A DNA stretch of 64,000 nucleotides. Source: Enterobacteria phage vB_EcoM_IME540. Positions 1-7,866 of the stretch are shown here, one piece after another (position 1 is the first letter of the stretch; each line of letters begins with the position of its first letter). Under the pieces are notes generated by a model, which saw only the letters and a list, made by a program, of their open reading frames with translations, had not been told where the DNA came from and did no database searches. The stretch lies in sequence record MT150133.1; one strand, 5' to 3'. The position numbers and the translations under genes are program-made.

Positions 1-253
1 TCAATTTAGGATTACGCAGAATAGCTCTACGAGCATTTTCAACCGACCGGTTAAAGAGTTGTTCGGCTTCAGCCATAGTAATACGACCATTGCAAACTCG
101 ACCCATAAGCTTATCAAGTTCAGCCCGAGCAACATCTTTAGAAGGATTCTTAGTAATCAATTGGCCAATACCAATAGTATAGTATCCCTCAGTATCCTTA
201 TATAAGTCTAATTTACAGCCTTCATCAAGGCGTAACATATCAAAAATATCCAT
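1..253 (-). CDS. e: T4-type endolysin (lysozyme), N-terminal 84 codons only; gene continues past window start
   Basis: Minus-strand ATG at 253-251 gives [35 protein letters not shown]..., matching the T4 lysozyme N-terminus as recalled; frame open to position 1. Confidence 0.9.
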   Translation of the reverse strand, partial: MDIFDMLRLDEGCKLDLYKDTEGYYTIGIGQLITKNPSKDVARAELDKLMGRVCNGRITMAEAEQLFNRSVENARRAILRNPKL

Positions 254-284
254 AATACCTCCTGAGTATAGGAGGTATTTATAT
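254..284 (-). promoter_or_regulatory. Late promoter TATAAATA (plus 277-284) followed by a 9-bp inverted repeat (254-262 / 270-278) that pairs the e Shine-Dalgarno AGGAGG with CCTCCT
   Basis: Minus strand reads TATAAATACCTCCTATACTCAGGAGGTATT-ATG; same arrangement as the known T4 e-gene SD-sequestering hairpin. Confidence 0.7.
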
Positions 285-733
285 CAAAAGAGCGAGTCTA
301 AAACCTTAAACATCGACGGGCCCATGACATATTCCCATTGAGGTCGTTTAATCAAGGCGAACGCATCGAATTCAGGAATAGTACGACCCTCAGGGAATGT
401 ATGGTAAGCCGTACATTTGCAATCCTTGAACTGCTCGTGTTCCACAGGCACCGTATATAAGAACAGATGTAGATTCTTATTGCTTGAATATTTGAACTCA
501 CCTAGGTCTTTCAGGAATGCAGGATCGTATGCTGTGAATCCAATCTCTTCTTCGGTTTCGCGCATTGCCGCTTGAATAGGCTCTTCGCCTGGTTCGACAT
601 GACCTTTAGGAATGTCCCATTTATGACGCATATTCTCTGGATTACGAGAGCCTGTTACACGACCCATGACCAGTTCTTTATCAACGGTCATGAATAAAAT
701 ACCTGCCGATAATTCCTTAGCTTTCTTACTCAT
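284..733 (-). CDS. nudE: Nudix hydrolase
   Basis: 150 aa from ATG 733-731 (RBS GGAACGAGACG upstream); Nudix box GHVEPGEEPIQAAMRETEEEIGF; same position as T4 nudE next to e. Confidence 0.85.
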   Translation of the reverse strand: MSKKAKELSAGILFMTVDKELVMGRVTGSRNPENMRHKWDIPKGHVEPGEEPIQAAMRETEEEIGFTAYDPAFLKDLGEFKYSSNKNLHLFLYTVPVEHEQFKDCKCTAYHTFPEGRTIPEFDAFALIKRPQWEYVMGPSMFKVLDSLF

Positions 734-962
734 CGTCTCGTTCCCATGATTGTTTAAAAATATCTTGCATAATAATTTGAAGTCTATTTTCTGTTGATGG
801 ACTTTCACTATCAGACACTTGAAGCATATAGTCACCAATAGGACAGAACATATCCAAGTCGCTTTCTAAATCTTCTTTGATTTTCTCTTCTGACGTTCCG
901 GTATCATAGGAATACAGATAAGAATCACATGACTCGGATTTAATATAAATCGCAATACTCAT
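726..962 (-). CDS. hypothetical protein, 78 aa, acidic
   Basis: ORF with ATGA start/stop overlap to the upstream gene and RBS GAGGAA inside the upstream coding sequence. Confidence 0.5.
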   Translation of the reverse strand: MSIAIYIKSESCDSYLYSYDTGTSEEKIKEDLESDLDMFCPIGDYMLQVSDSESPSTENRLQIIMQDIFKQSWERDDE

Positions 963-1552
963 TTACGGCATTCCTCAATAAACTCATTTAAATTCCGTTT
1001 GATTTTACCTTCGTCGTAAAGACGTTGTTGACGACGTAAACGCCATGGCATTTCAATAGCCAAGCACCAAATACTTAAAGCAGCGCCAGCTGTGAAAAGG
1101 TTCATTAATCCAGCACCAATAATAGTTCGTTCTAGCGCATCATTCCAGTTAGCATCGATTAAAAATGAACTCAACACTAACATTGGAAGTAAAGTAATAA
1201 AATATGCTACAACATATCGTCTGAACGTAAGCCATTCAGTATCGATGAGCTTAGCCTTTCCATCTTGGAGACAAATATACTTATCGTCAGTGCGGGTGAT
1301 TTTCTTTACTGGTTGCCAGCCGTTTACGATATAGCCCATTTTATATTCCTCAATTAAAAGCTGTTTCATTTCGGCAGTACAACCTGACCAATCTATTGTA
1401 CTGGCTGAAATTCCTTCATCACCGTCATCGATATTTCGCCAGGACTTTTTAATAATCATATGTTCACCACTTGGGATAATAATTCCAGCATTTTCCGACC
1501 GACGGATGAAGTTTGTATCAATACCCATACAACCGGGTTCATAAAGGGCCAT
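959..1552 (-). CDS. hypothetical membrane protein, 197 aa, with C-terminal RRQQR...NEFIEECRK tail
   Basis: TAATG overlap with upstream gene; hydrophobic segments YFITLLPMLVLSSFLI and IIGAGLMNLFTAGAALSIWCLAI. Confidence 0.6.
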   Translation of the reverse strand: MALYEPGCMGIDTNFIRRSENAGIIIPSGEHMIIKKSWRNIDDGDEGISASTIDWSGCTAEMKQLLIEEYKMGYIVNGWQPVKKITRTDDKYICLQDGKAKLIDTEWLTFRRYVVAYFITLLPMLVLSSFLIDANWNDALERTIIGAGLMNLFTAGAALSIWCLAIEMPWRLRRQQRLYDEGKIKRNLNEFIEECRK

Positions 1553-2241
1553 TACCAGCCCTCCATAGGGAATTCCAGATATACTTGAGCATTAACGCGG
1601 ATTTCATTAGTAATCTTTTTAACTCGGTCGGTATTACGAGACACACGACCAAACCAGCGCCAACCGTTACTTACTGCACGAGAACCTGTATGCCATGTCT
1701 GCCAATCAAACTGGAGCAACGTGCGGTCGGGGGCATCCCACTTGGTTAATTCATTAGACTCAATTTTTTCCAGAACTTCTTTATGCCACTGGCGATAGAT
1801 AAGTTCGCCTTCAGGAATCTGACTGAATTGTGCAGTTCCGGTTGCAAAATGAGTAGGACACACATCAGCGTTAACAAGACCAAGAATATGTTCAGAATGG
1901 TATCGAGGATTATCATAATCAGGTTGCCCTGCGGTAATAAAGTGTTGACCCACCGGAATATCCGGGCGTGGTACATCATCATGGTGGAAGCCTGGAATTG
2001 CAGGGTACCAGCCAGGCATTAACATGTGTACACGGGAATCAAATACAATATCAGGGCCACATTGCCAATCTTCAGGCAGGTTTTCAATAAAGCTACGAGT
2101 AATAGGACCGCCATGTTTATGAGCAAAATAAGCATCGCAATTAAAGAACATAGGCTCATTTTTAATCATATCATTACTGATATCTTGAGCAAAACCACCT
2201 ACTGCACGAGCTTTAGAATTAAAAATTTTTGGACCGTTCAT
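1552..2241 (-). CDS. hypothetical protein, 229 aa
   Basis: Long ORF in operon context; His/Asp-rich segment PGFHHDDVPRPD...HSEH could be a metal site; no family recognised. Confidence 0.6.
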   Translation of the reverse strand: MNGPKIFNSKARAVGGFAQDISNDMIKNEPMFFNCDAYFAHKHGGPITRSFIENLPEDWQCGPDIVFDSRVHMLMPGWYPAIPGFHHDDVPRPDIPVGQHFITAGQPDYDNPRYHSEHILGLVNADVCPTHFATGTAQFSQIPEGELIYRQWHKEVLEKIESNELTKWDAPDRTLLQFDWQTWHTGSRAVSNGWRWFGRVSRNTDRVKKITNEIRVNAQVYLEFPMEGW

Positions 2242-2255
2242 AATATTTTCCTCAC

Positions 2256-2468
2256 TTACTTTTTGTTGAAAAAGTACATTTTACCTTTAGGGGATAAGGA
2301 TACACGAAGTGCGTTACCAATACCAACTGAACATTTAACCAGGTCAGCAGATTTCAATTCACCAAATGCTTGACGAAGGTCACCGTCACGAGTGTTAACC
2401 ATCAGGCATTTAGCACCAGCTGCACGAACTTCGTTTAACATGTTGATTGCTTGGTTAGAAAGTTTCAT
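2256..2468 (-). CDS. hypothetical protein, 70 aa
   Basis: Start moved to internal ATG 2468-2466 with RBS GGAG (leader ...GGAGAATAAA-ATG) directly downstream of an early promoter cassette. Confidence 0.5.
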   Translation of the reverse strand: MKLSNQAINMLNEVRAAGAKCLMVNTRDGDLRQAFGELKSADLVKCSVGIGNALRVSLSPKGKMYFFNKK

Positions 2469-2505
2469 TTTATTCTCCATTTCACTCTGTTGTTTTGATA
2501 GGTCT

Positions 2506-2534
2506 ATAGTATCACACCTATAGACCTTGTACAC
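2506..2534 (-). promoter_or_regulatory. sigma70-type early promoter cassette (-35 GTGTAC, 17-bp spacer, -10 TACTAT) with 10-bp inverted repeat AGGTCTATAG/CTATAGACCT
   Basis: Minus strand ...GTGTACAAGGTCTATAGGTGTGATACTATAGACCTATCAAAACAACAGAGTGAAATGGAGAATAAA-ATG. Confidence 0.55.
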
Positions 2535-2546
2535 TGTTTTGTGCAA

Positions 2547-3506
2547 TTATTTTTCGAAAGGACGAATTAAATGTTGGTTACGCTTAAACCGTTCAATGTA
2601 GTCGTTTTCACCTAAAGTCTTGTACATATTAACCACAGCTTGGTAGTTTTCCCATGCATAAGTGCGGAACCAACCTGAAGTGATTGAGGTGCACACTTTC
2701 TCAAGGGCCATATAGAAACTTAATGATGGTGAAATATTGAAGTCATTAGGAACCTGTGAACGTTCTAGTGCCAGGACACAAGTTTCTTCATACACACCAG
2801 CCAGTTTAATAGCTTCAGGCAAAGCCTCGAACTTCTCACGAGAGGTCATGACTTCAGAACCTTCCTTCATATAAAAGGTATATGCAGGGCGCCCTGCCAA
2901 TGCCACTGCTTCATGGATAGAGTCGTGGTCCAGAGTATAAATGGGATCATTAAAGAACGATGATTTGTTTACATCCAATTTAGGGTGGGAATAGCTCAAC
3001 GTTTCTTTTTGACGTTGCAACATAATTTCCTGGAGTTCTTCGTTAAGGGTGATACCTTTATTACGAAGGTATTTGATGTGGGACATGGTTTTCAAGAAGA
3101 ACGGATTATTCTTCAAGAAACGATGGGAGGTTTTGATAGCCAGACAGATATCAGGGGTTGCCCAATAGAAACCTGTAAGACGGTCCTTTTTAATATGATT
3201 TTCGGCATATTTCAGGAGACGATAACTTGAGGTGAAATCTTCGTCTTGAAGCTCACCGGTAATTTCTCGTACGTTAGTCAGGGCACGAACGATATAAGCT
3301 TCAAAATAGGTTTCTTTACCATTGTACATGCATTTAAAAGCCTGGACATCAGGGTTATCCACAGGAACATGGGCACCAAACATCCGAGCTTTAAAGTGAT
3401 TCCATGAGCCTTGGTCGGCAATGAAATCCCAATCAGAATTTTCGATATGCTTACTTTCAATCAGACCAGCGTGGTGCAGTGCACGAGAACCAATAACTAA
3501 CATCAT
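2547..3506 (-). CDS. hypothetical protein, 319 aa; possible Pol-beta-type nucleotidyltransferase-like motif
   Basis: Start at ATG 3506-3504 with RBS GAGGAAA; N-terminal IGSRALHHAGLIESKHIENSDWDFIAD loosely resembles the hG[GS]...DxD signature. Confidence 0.6.
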   Translation of the reverse strand: MMLVIGSRALHHAGLIESKHIENSDWDFIADQGSWNHFKARMFGAHVPVDNPDVQAFKCMYNGKETYFEAYIVRALTNVREITGELQDEDFTSSYRLLKYAENHIKKDRLTGFYWATPDICLAIKTSHRFLKNNPFFLKTMSHIKYLRNKGITLNEELQEIMLQRQKETLSYSHPKLDVNKSSFFNDPIYTLDHDSIHEAVALAGRPAYTFYMKEGSEVMTSREKFEALPEAIKLAGVYEETCVLALERSQVPNDFNISPSLSFYMALEKVCTSITSGWFRTYAWENYQAVVNMYKTLGENDYIERFKRNQHLIRPFEK

Positions 3507-3525
3507 AATATTTTCCTCAGTAAAC

Positions 3526-3765
3526 TTAAATTTCAGCGACGTAATCGTTATGCAATTCCCACATATCATCAGAATTATTCTTAATGATAGGAATTATCTC
3601 ATTAGAGATTTCTTCAGCATAAGGGTCATTGATACAGTGGGCATCTTCAAAACGAACACCGTAATCAGACTTCTTATAAGAGAAGCCATAAATCTTTTTA
3701 AACTTGGCGCGAGTAATGCGTACCGGTTCATTAGACTTATCGGACATCGGAGCGTAATACCACAT
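3526..3765 (-). CDS. hypothetical protein, 79 aa
   Basis: ATG 3765 preceded by RBS GAGGAG in conserved leader ACACAAACATGAGGAGAACAT. Confidence 0.55.
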   Translation of the reverse strand: MWYYAPMSDKSNEPVRITRAKFKKIYGFSYKKSDYGVRFEDAHCINDPYAEEISNEIIPIIKNNSDDMWELHNDYVAEI

Positions 3766-3792
3766 ATGTTCTCCTCATGTTTGTGTAGGGTA

Positions 3793-3821
3793 ATAGTAAC
3801 ATGATTTTCTAGAGTTGTACA
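3793..3821 (-). promoter_or_regulatory. early promoter (-35 TGTACA, -10 TACTAT) with conserved leader
   Basis: Minus strand TGTACAACTCTAGAAAATCATGTTACTATTACCCTACACAAACATGAGGAGAACAT-ATG; leader near-identical to the one at 62501-62557. Confidence 0.45.
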
Positions 3822-4138
3822 TCACTTCTGCAATATTCTAAAAATAATTTATCATTGTCTACTGTATCCCAACGACGCCAAGACGGGTTCCAGACCAAAG
3901 CGTTGTCACCACAATCATTGAGCTTAAAATGGTCGTAGTACATAGCTATGTGTCTAGTCTCGTCACCAGAGAACCCCAGTATAGGCTCACCGTGGGTGTG
4001 ATACATATGATGGTGCATTGAGAGGTCGCATTTGTAAAACATCTCACGTTTACCACGAACGAACAAGAAGGCCTGTCCATTCATATAGAATTCTTTATTT
4101 GTTTTCAAAAGATATTTGAATACTGAATCTTTATGCAT
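3809..4138 (-). CDS. hypothetical protein, 109 aa, His-rich (MHHHMYHTHGE)
   Basis: Start at internal ATG 4138-4136 with strong RBS AGGAGGA. Confidence 0.5.
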   Translation of the reverse strand: MHKDSVFKYLLKTNKEFYMNGQAFLFVRGKREMFYKCDLSMHHHMYHTHGEPILGFSGDETRHIAMYYDHFKLNDCGDNALVWNPSWRRWDTVDNDKLFLEYCRSDVQL

Positions 4139-4168
4139 AAGTCCTCCTACCACATCCATGTGGTTAAA

Positions 4169-4396
4169 TTATTTTCCTAACGAAATACGAGTAGGTTTTT
4201 TACCGAAATAGTCTTCATAAGAACCATCTAAACGACCTGCTTTAGACCGACAATATGAATCGTACTTTTTGTAATAAGTCATCTCAGTATTATAACGCGG
4301 GTGTCTATCAGCCATAATAATACTTAACGGCCAACCTTTGGCATAATCGCGAAGACCATTTATTTTACGAATGTATCTTTTCTTTAATTTTAGCAT
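4169..4396 (-). CDS. possible small basic protein, 75 aa
   Basis: ORF only; no convincing RBS at either candidate ATG. Confidence 0.3.
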   Translation of the reverse strand: MLKLKKRYIRKINGLRDYAKGWPLSIIMADRHPRYNTEMTYYKKYDSYCRSKAGRLDGSYEDYFGKKPTRISLGK

Positions 4397-4614
4397 GAGC
4401 TCGGATACCAGATTTTACCATCGGCCTGAGCAACGAAGGTGCGTCCAGCTTCTTCACCATAACAAGAGCTATTCAGCCAATCTTCGAGACGAACTTCACC
4501 GTCATAATCGTCGAGCTCAACACCAAAACTTTGAGCAGAAGCCATATCTTTTACTTTCTTATACAGTGCAGCCAGTTCAAGTGCGGCTTTTTCTAATTCA
4601 TTAATATCAGTCAT
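4390..4614 (-). CDS. small acidic protein, 74 aa, member 1 of a four-gene paralog array (C-terminus WYPSSC)
   Basis: Start at internal ATG 4614-4612 with RBS AAGGTGA; shares N-terminal MTDINELEK and C-terminal W-x-SS-x-C pattern with neighbours. Confidence 0.55.
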   Translation of the reverse strand: MTDINELEKAALELAALYKKVKDMASAQSFGVELDDYDGEVRLEDWLNSSCYGEEAGRTFVAQADGKIWYPSSC

Positions 4615-4624
4615 TTTTATCACC

Positions 4625-4837
4625 TTAGCAAGACATAGAGGATGTAAACCAGAAACCTTCACCATCTGGGATACCGTAATCATCACGGGCCCATTCATAA
4701 TCATCATATTCCGGATTCTTTGGAGAAATGTATTGTCCACGACCAGAAACATGGAACTCTTCACCCGTTTCGTCAGCCACGGCCTGGCCTTTACGTACTA
4801 ATTCGCGGATTTGTTTTTCAATTTCATCAATAGTCAT
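4625..4837 (-). CDS. small acidic protein, 70 aa, paralog 2 (C-terminus WFTSSMSC)
   Basis: RBS AAGGAAA upstream of ATG 4837; N-terminal MTIDEIEK. Confidence 0.55.
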   Translation of the reverse strand: MTIDEIEKQIRELVRKGQAVADETGEEFHVSGRGQYISPKNPEYDDYEWARDDYGIPDGEGFWFTSSMSC

Positions 4838-4846
4838 TTTATTTCC

Positions 4847-5128
4847 TTAACATTCAGAAGAAGAGGACACCCAACCGCCATTTTCTAGGCTGGTGGTGTA
4901 ATCATGCTGGTTTACAATAGCATACTGGGCTTCACCGTATTCTTCCCAGTGGGCAAGGTCGGCTTTCAAGGCGCCAGGAGAATAATAGTCACCGCCCATA
5001 CCGCGAGCAGGGTATATATTAAAATGAGTCTCATATTTGTTAGCAATTTCCTCGGCACGACGAATAGCTTTATGGATATCATTTACTGCGTCAGCCAGCT
5101 CTTTATTTTTACGGTAATCATTCATCAT
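4847..5128 (-). CDS. small acidic protein, 93 aa, paralog 3 (C-terminus WVSSSSEC)
   Basis: RBS AAGGAAA upstream of ATG 5128. Confidence 0.55.
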   Translation of the reverse strand: MMNDYRKNKELADAVNDIHKAIRRAEEIANKYETHFNIYPARGMGGDYYSPGALKADLAHWEEYGEAQYAIVNQHDYTTSLENGGWVSSSSEC

Positions 5129-5137
5129 AGCGTTTCC

Positions 5138-5428
5138 TTAGCACATTGCCGAAGAGGAGACCCAAGCACCAACTGTAACGACACCGTTTTCAACTTCACC
5201 GCCATTGTTTTCAATTTCATCTTTAAACCATTGGGAGCATTCATAACCGACAGGATAATATGTACGGCCTGAACCATAACCACCGGTACTGAATTCAATA
5301 CCATATTCATCTGCGATTTCTTCACATTTGGATTCGATGGTGCCTACTTTACCCAGCAGGTCATAGATAGCCTTTTCTGCGGACAGCGCGCTGTTGTATT
5401 CAGGGATTTCAATTTCAATTTTATTCAT
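5138..5428 (-). CDS. small acidic protein, 96 aa, paralog 4 (C-terminus WVSSSAMC)
   Basis: RBS AAGGAA upstream; start overlaps stop of upstream gene. Confidence 0.55.
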   Translation of the reverse strand: MNKIEIEIPEYNSALSAEKAIYDLLGKVGTIESKCEEIADEYGIEFSTGGYGSGRTYYPVGYECSQWFKDEIENNGGEVENGVVTVGAWVSSSAMC

Positions 5429-5778
5429 GATTTACATTCCTTAATAAAGGTTTCAAGGTCATTACGTTTAGTTTGTTTTACATACTCATTATAATTAACC
5501 ATAGCTAAAGCATATCTCTTTTTACGCGGCTTGTTTATTTTATTAGTTTGGGCAATATCAAAGACCCATGGGATAAAAAATCCTATTAAAGCCGGAACCC
5601 AAATCCATGCAAGGCTCATATCTTCAAACGGATGGCGAGGCATACCATTAATAATCCCACCGACAAGAAATCCAATTATCCCTGCAGTCATACTAGTAGC
5701 AATGCCGAGGAATAAGGAAATAGCTATATCATAATCTGCTAATGCGTAACCAGGGTCGGTTTTACTAGGCTTATGCAT
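5425..5778 (-). CDS. hypothetical membrane protein, 117 aa, with C-terminal ...NDLETFIKECKS tail
   Basis: Start at internal ATG 5778-5776; two hydrophobic helices (IAISLFLGIATSMTAGIIGFLVGGII; AWIWVPALIGFFIPWVF). Confidence 0.55.
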   Translation of the reverse strand: MHKPSKTDPGYALADYDIAISLFLGIATSMTAGIIGFLVGGIINGMPRHPFEDMSLAWIWVPALIGFFIPWVFDIAQTNKINKPRKKRYALAMVNYNEYVKQTKRNDLETFIKECKS

Positions 5779-6307
5779 TTTGAACCTCTTTAGCGTATTC
5801 GCGACATTCAGTAATAAAACGATTAAGTTTACGTTGTTGTTTACGAATCTCTGATGTATACTCATTGGCTAAAATAATAAGCTCATCTTTATCGTAATTT
5901 TTAATATCCGAATAACTCGGGCGGCGGTCGACCATACCAAAGTGGTCACCATTTTCTAACATCAAATAGCATACTAAATGGTAATCATCGTCGGCATCAA
6001 CAAGCTGTTTATAATCGCTTGGTTCATTTAAAGAGTATACTGAATAGCGTAGCCCAGCGAATTCCACTCGTTGAATAGCCAGATTTACGTCAATAATTTC
6101 TAAAGCATCTGCAAAAGAAAGGTCCTCAGCTAAAGCAAAGATAAAGGGTAATTTGGTAGTATGCCCACGGCTAGATGTTCTGCTTAAGAAATCGTTTGAA
6201 TAACCTAGGTCTTGGCGAATTCTATAAAGAACTGCATTAGTTTCATGTGAAAGACCACTATGTTTAAACCAATCAATATTTGATATCAGGTCGTCGTATA
6301 AACTCAT
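5771..6307 (-). CDS. hypothetical protein, 178 aa, with C-terminal IRKQQRKLNRFITECREY module
   Basis: ORF with RBS GGAGGAGAGGAG upstream of ATG 6307. Confidence 0.6.
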   Translation of the reverse strand: MSLYDDLISNIDWFKHSGLSHETNAVLYRIRQDLGYSNDFLSRTSSRGHTTKLPFIFALAEDLSFADALEIIDVNLAIQRVEFAGLRYSVYSLNEPSDYKQLVDADDDYHLVCYLMLENGDHFGMVDRRPSYSDIKNYDKDELIILANEYTSEIRKQQRKLNRFITECREYAKEVQNA

Positions 6308-6330
6308 AATATTCTCCTCTCCTCCAAATA

Positions 6331-6348
6331 GGGAGACCGAAGTCTCCC
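6331..6348. terminator. stem-loop GGGAGAC-CGAA-GTCTCCC
   Basis: Perfect 7-bp stem with tetraloop between two minus-strand genes; same stem sequence recurs at 46366-46383. Confidence 0.45.
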
Positions 6349-6355
6349 GGTAACA

Positions 6356-6949
6356 TTACTTAAGTGAATTAATGTAGTCTTCGATATCAGCAGAAGTCGT
6401 ATCCATTCCAACTTGCGGGCCTTTAAACGTTTCTACGCGCATCAGGGTGTCTTCGATATCAATCTTGGTCAGTGCAGCAATTTCAACAACATCGTCGGCA
6501 GTAGCAATACCAAGGGCAGCCATATTACGAGTTTCACGGATGTACTCGAGCTTAACAGCCAGTTCCTGACGAGAGTCATCAAGTTCCTTAACCTTCAGTT
6601 TAATTTCATTACGCATTTCGATATAATCATCGGCTTTCTTACGAAGCTGAGTAGCTGTACGACGATAAAGGAGACCGAGTTTAGCATGTACCTGGACATC
6701 AGAGCCTTCGGCAATCAGTTTACGAATTTCACGTTCTTTAGAAGCAGCGAGCTGGTCTTTTTCATTAGCCAAAGCACGAATACGTTTTTCTTCATTCACA
6801 GACTTAACATGAGCAGTCTGGAGTTCAGTGATTTTATCAATCAGAGTAGAAGCAGCTTTGGTGTATTGGTCTTCGATTGACAGGTTCTGAGCCATTGCGG
6901 TGCCCAGTTTAGAACGAATGAATTCAACGATTTTCTTTAAAGTGTTCAT
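6356..6949 (-). CDS. PspA/IM30 (phage-shock protein A / Vipp1)-like coiled-coil protein, 197 aa
   Basis: Start at ATG 6949-6947 with RBS GAAGGAAA; heptad-rich sequence with segments resembling PspA ([13 protein letters not shown] vs RALAEKKQL; [18 protein letters not shown] vs ELENKLSETRARQQAL), from memory. Confidence 0.5.
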   Translation of the reverse strand: MNTLKKIVEFIRSKLGTAMAQNLSIEDQYTKAASTLIDKITELQTAHVKSVNEEKRIRALANEKDQLAASKEREIRKLIAEGSDVQVHAKLGLLYRRTATQLRKKADDYIEMRNEIKLKVKELDDSRQELAVKLEYIRETRNMAALGIATADDVVEIAALTKIDIEDTLMRVETFKGPQVGMDTTSADIEDYINSLK

Positions 6950-7025
6950 AGTATTTCCTTCAGTTGGTTGATATTTTGTAATCCATGAGGACATTATACC
7001 CTGTCCTCTGAGGTTTGTAAACATT

Positions 7026-7424
7026 TTATTTCATTTTTGCGAGGCAGATTTCATTGGCTTCCCATTGAGCTTGCTTAATAATAGCTTTGGATACAGGAGC
7101 CCTTTGCCCATAAGTTTTTGACGTTGAGAGAACAATACATTTGTTTGCTTCATTATGCCAGCCCCATGATTTTTCGCCATGAGTACCTTTAACTACAGCT
7201 GACACCTCAACAGAGCAACCGCCATCAGAAATCTTGGTTTCGACAACCCATTCATTTCTCTCAGCAGCTTCAATTTCTAATCTAGTTTTTTCTTCATACA
7301 TCGCGGCCCAATCAGTTTTTGCCAAGTTGAAAGTAAGAGCTTTCTCTAATTCTTTGGCATATTTTTGTTGTTCAGGTGTTAATGAATTATACAACTCTTG
7401 CATTTCTTTATCTTCGATATTCAT
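7026..7424 (-). CDS. hypothetical protein, 132 aa
   Basis: ATG 7424 with RBS GAGGAG in leader TTTGAGGAGAACATA; early promoter upstream. Confidence 0.55.
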   Translation of the reverse strand: MNIEDKEMQELYNSLTPEQQKYAKELEKALTFNLAKTDWAAMYEEKTRLEIEAAERNEWVVETKISDGGCSVEVSAVVKGTHGEKSWGWHNEANKCIVLSTSKTYGQRAPVSKAIIKQAQWEANEICLAKMK

Positions 7425-7449
7425 TATGTTCTCCTCAAATTATGGGCTC

Positions 7450-7479
7450 ATAATATCTTAATCATGAGCCCATGTAAAC
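7450..7479 (-). promoter_or_regulatory. early promoter (-35 GTTTAC, 18-bp spacer, -10 TATTAT) inside inverted repeat TGGGCTCA/TGAGCCCA
   Basis: Minus strand GTTTACATGGGCTCATGATTAAGATATTATGAGCCCATAATTTGAGGAGAACATA-ATG. Confidence 0.5.
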
Positions 7480-7482
7480 GTT

Positions 7483-7746
7483 TTATTTCATATTATTGAA
7501 ATAATTTTCTGCATCAAAATCATTACCATGGTAAACTTTGGTAGACGATTTGGCGTAACCTTCAGCTGAGAACATATTAATCACAACTTTAATTGTATAC
7601 CACTGTCCATCTTCATTACCCATTACTGCATAGGTTTCATACACCGGGTGTTCAGGACCGATAACCTTAATATCGTTAACTGTGGCACCAAATTCTTCCG
7701 GAACGCATTTCATAAAGAAATTAAACACTTCACCATAATTATCCAT
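7483..7746 (-). CDS. hypothetical protein, 87 aa
   Basis: Track ORF begins at a GTG; real start taken as ATG 7746-7744 with RBS AAGGAG. Confidence 0.5.
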   Translation of the reverse strand: MDNYGEVFNFFMKCVPEEFGATVNDIKVIGPEHPVYETYAVMGNEDGQWYTIKVVINMFSAEGYAKSSTKVYHGNDFDAENYFNNMK

Positions 7747-7781
7747 TTTACTCTCCTTCACTCTGTTGTTTTGATAGGTCT

Positions 7782-7810
7782 ATAGTATCATGTTTAAAGG
7801 AGGTGTAAAC
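7782..7810 (-). promoter_or_regulatory. early promoter cassette (-35 GTTTAC, 17 bp, -10 TACTAT)
   Basis: Minus strand GTTTACACCTCCTTTAAACATGATACTATAGACCTATCAAAACAACAGAGTGAAGGAGAGTAAA-ATG. Confidence 0.55.
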
Positions 7811-7833
7811 ATCTTTTTTAAACTTTTAGAAAC

Positions 7834-7861
7834 AAAAAAGGCCCAACCTTTCGGAAGGGCC
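7834..7861 (-). terminator. rho-independent terminator, copy 1 of identical 30-bp element ACAAAAAAGGCCCAACCTTTCGGAAGGGCC
   Basis: Minus strand reads GGCCCTTCCGAAAGGTTGGGCC + TTTTTT directly after the stop of gene 7867-8421. Confidence 0.65.
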
Positions 7862-7866
7862 GTGAA

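Noticed and set aside
1092-6880. Plus-strand ORFs of 60-155 aa inside the minus-strand early operons (1092-1334, 1783-2022, 2026-2373, 3421-3804, 5531-5734, 6413-6880)
   Set aside because: They overlap better-supported minus-strand genes with RBS and translational coupling, and have no RBS or promoter of their own.
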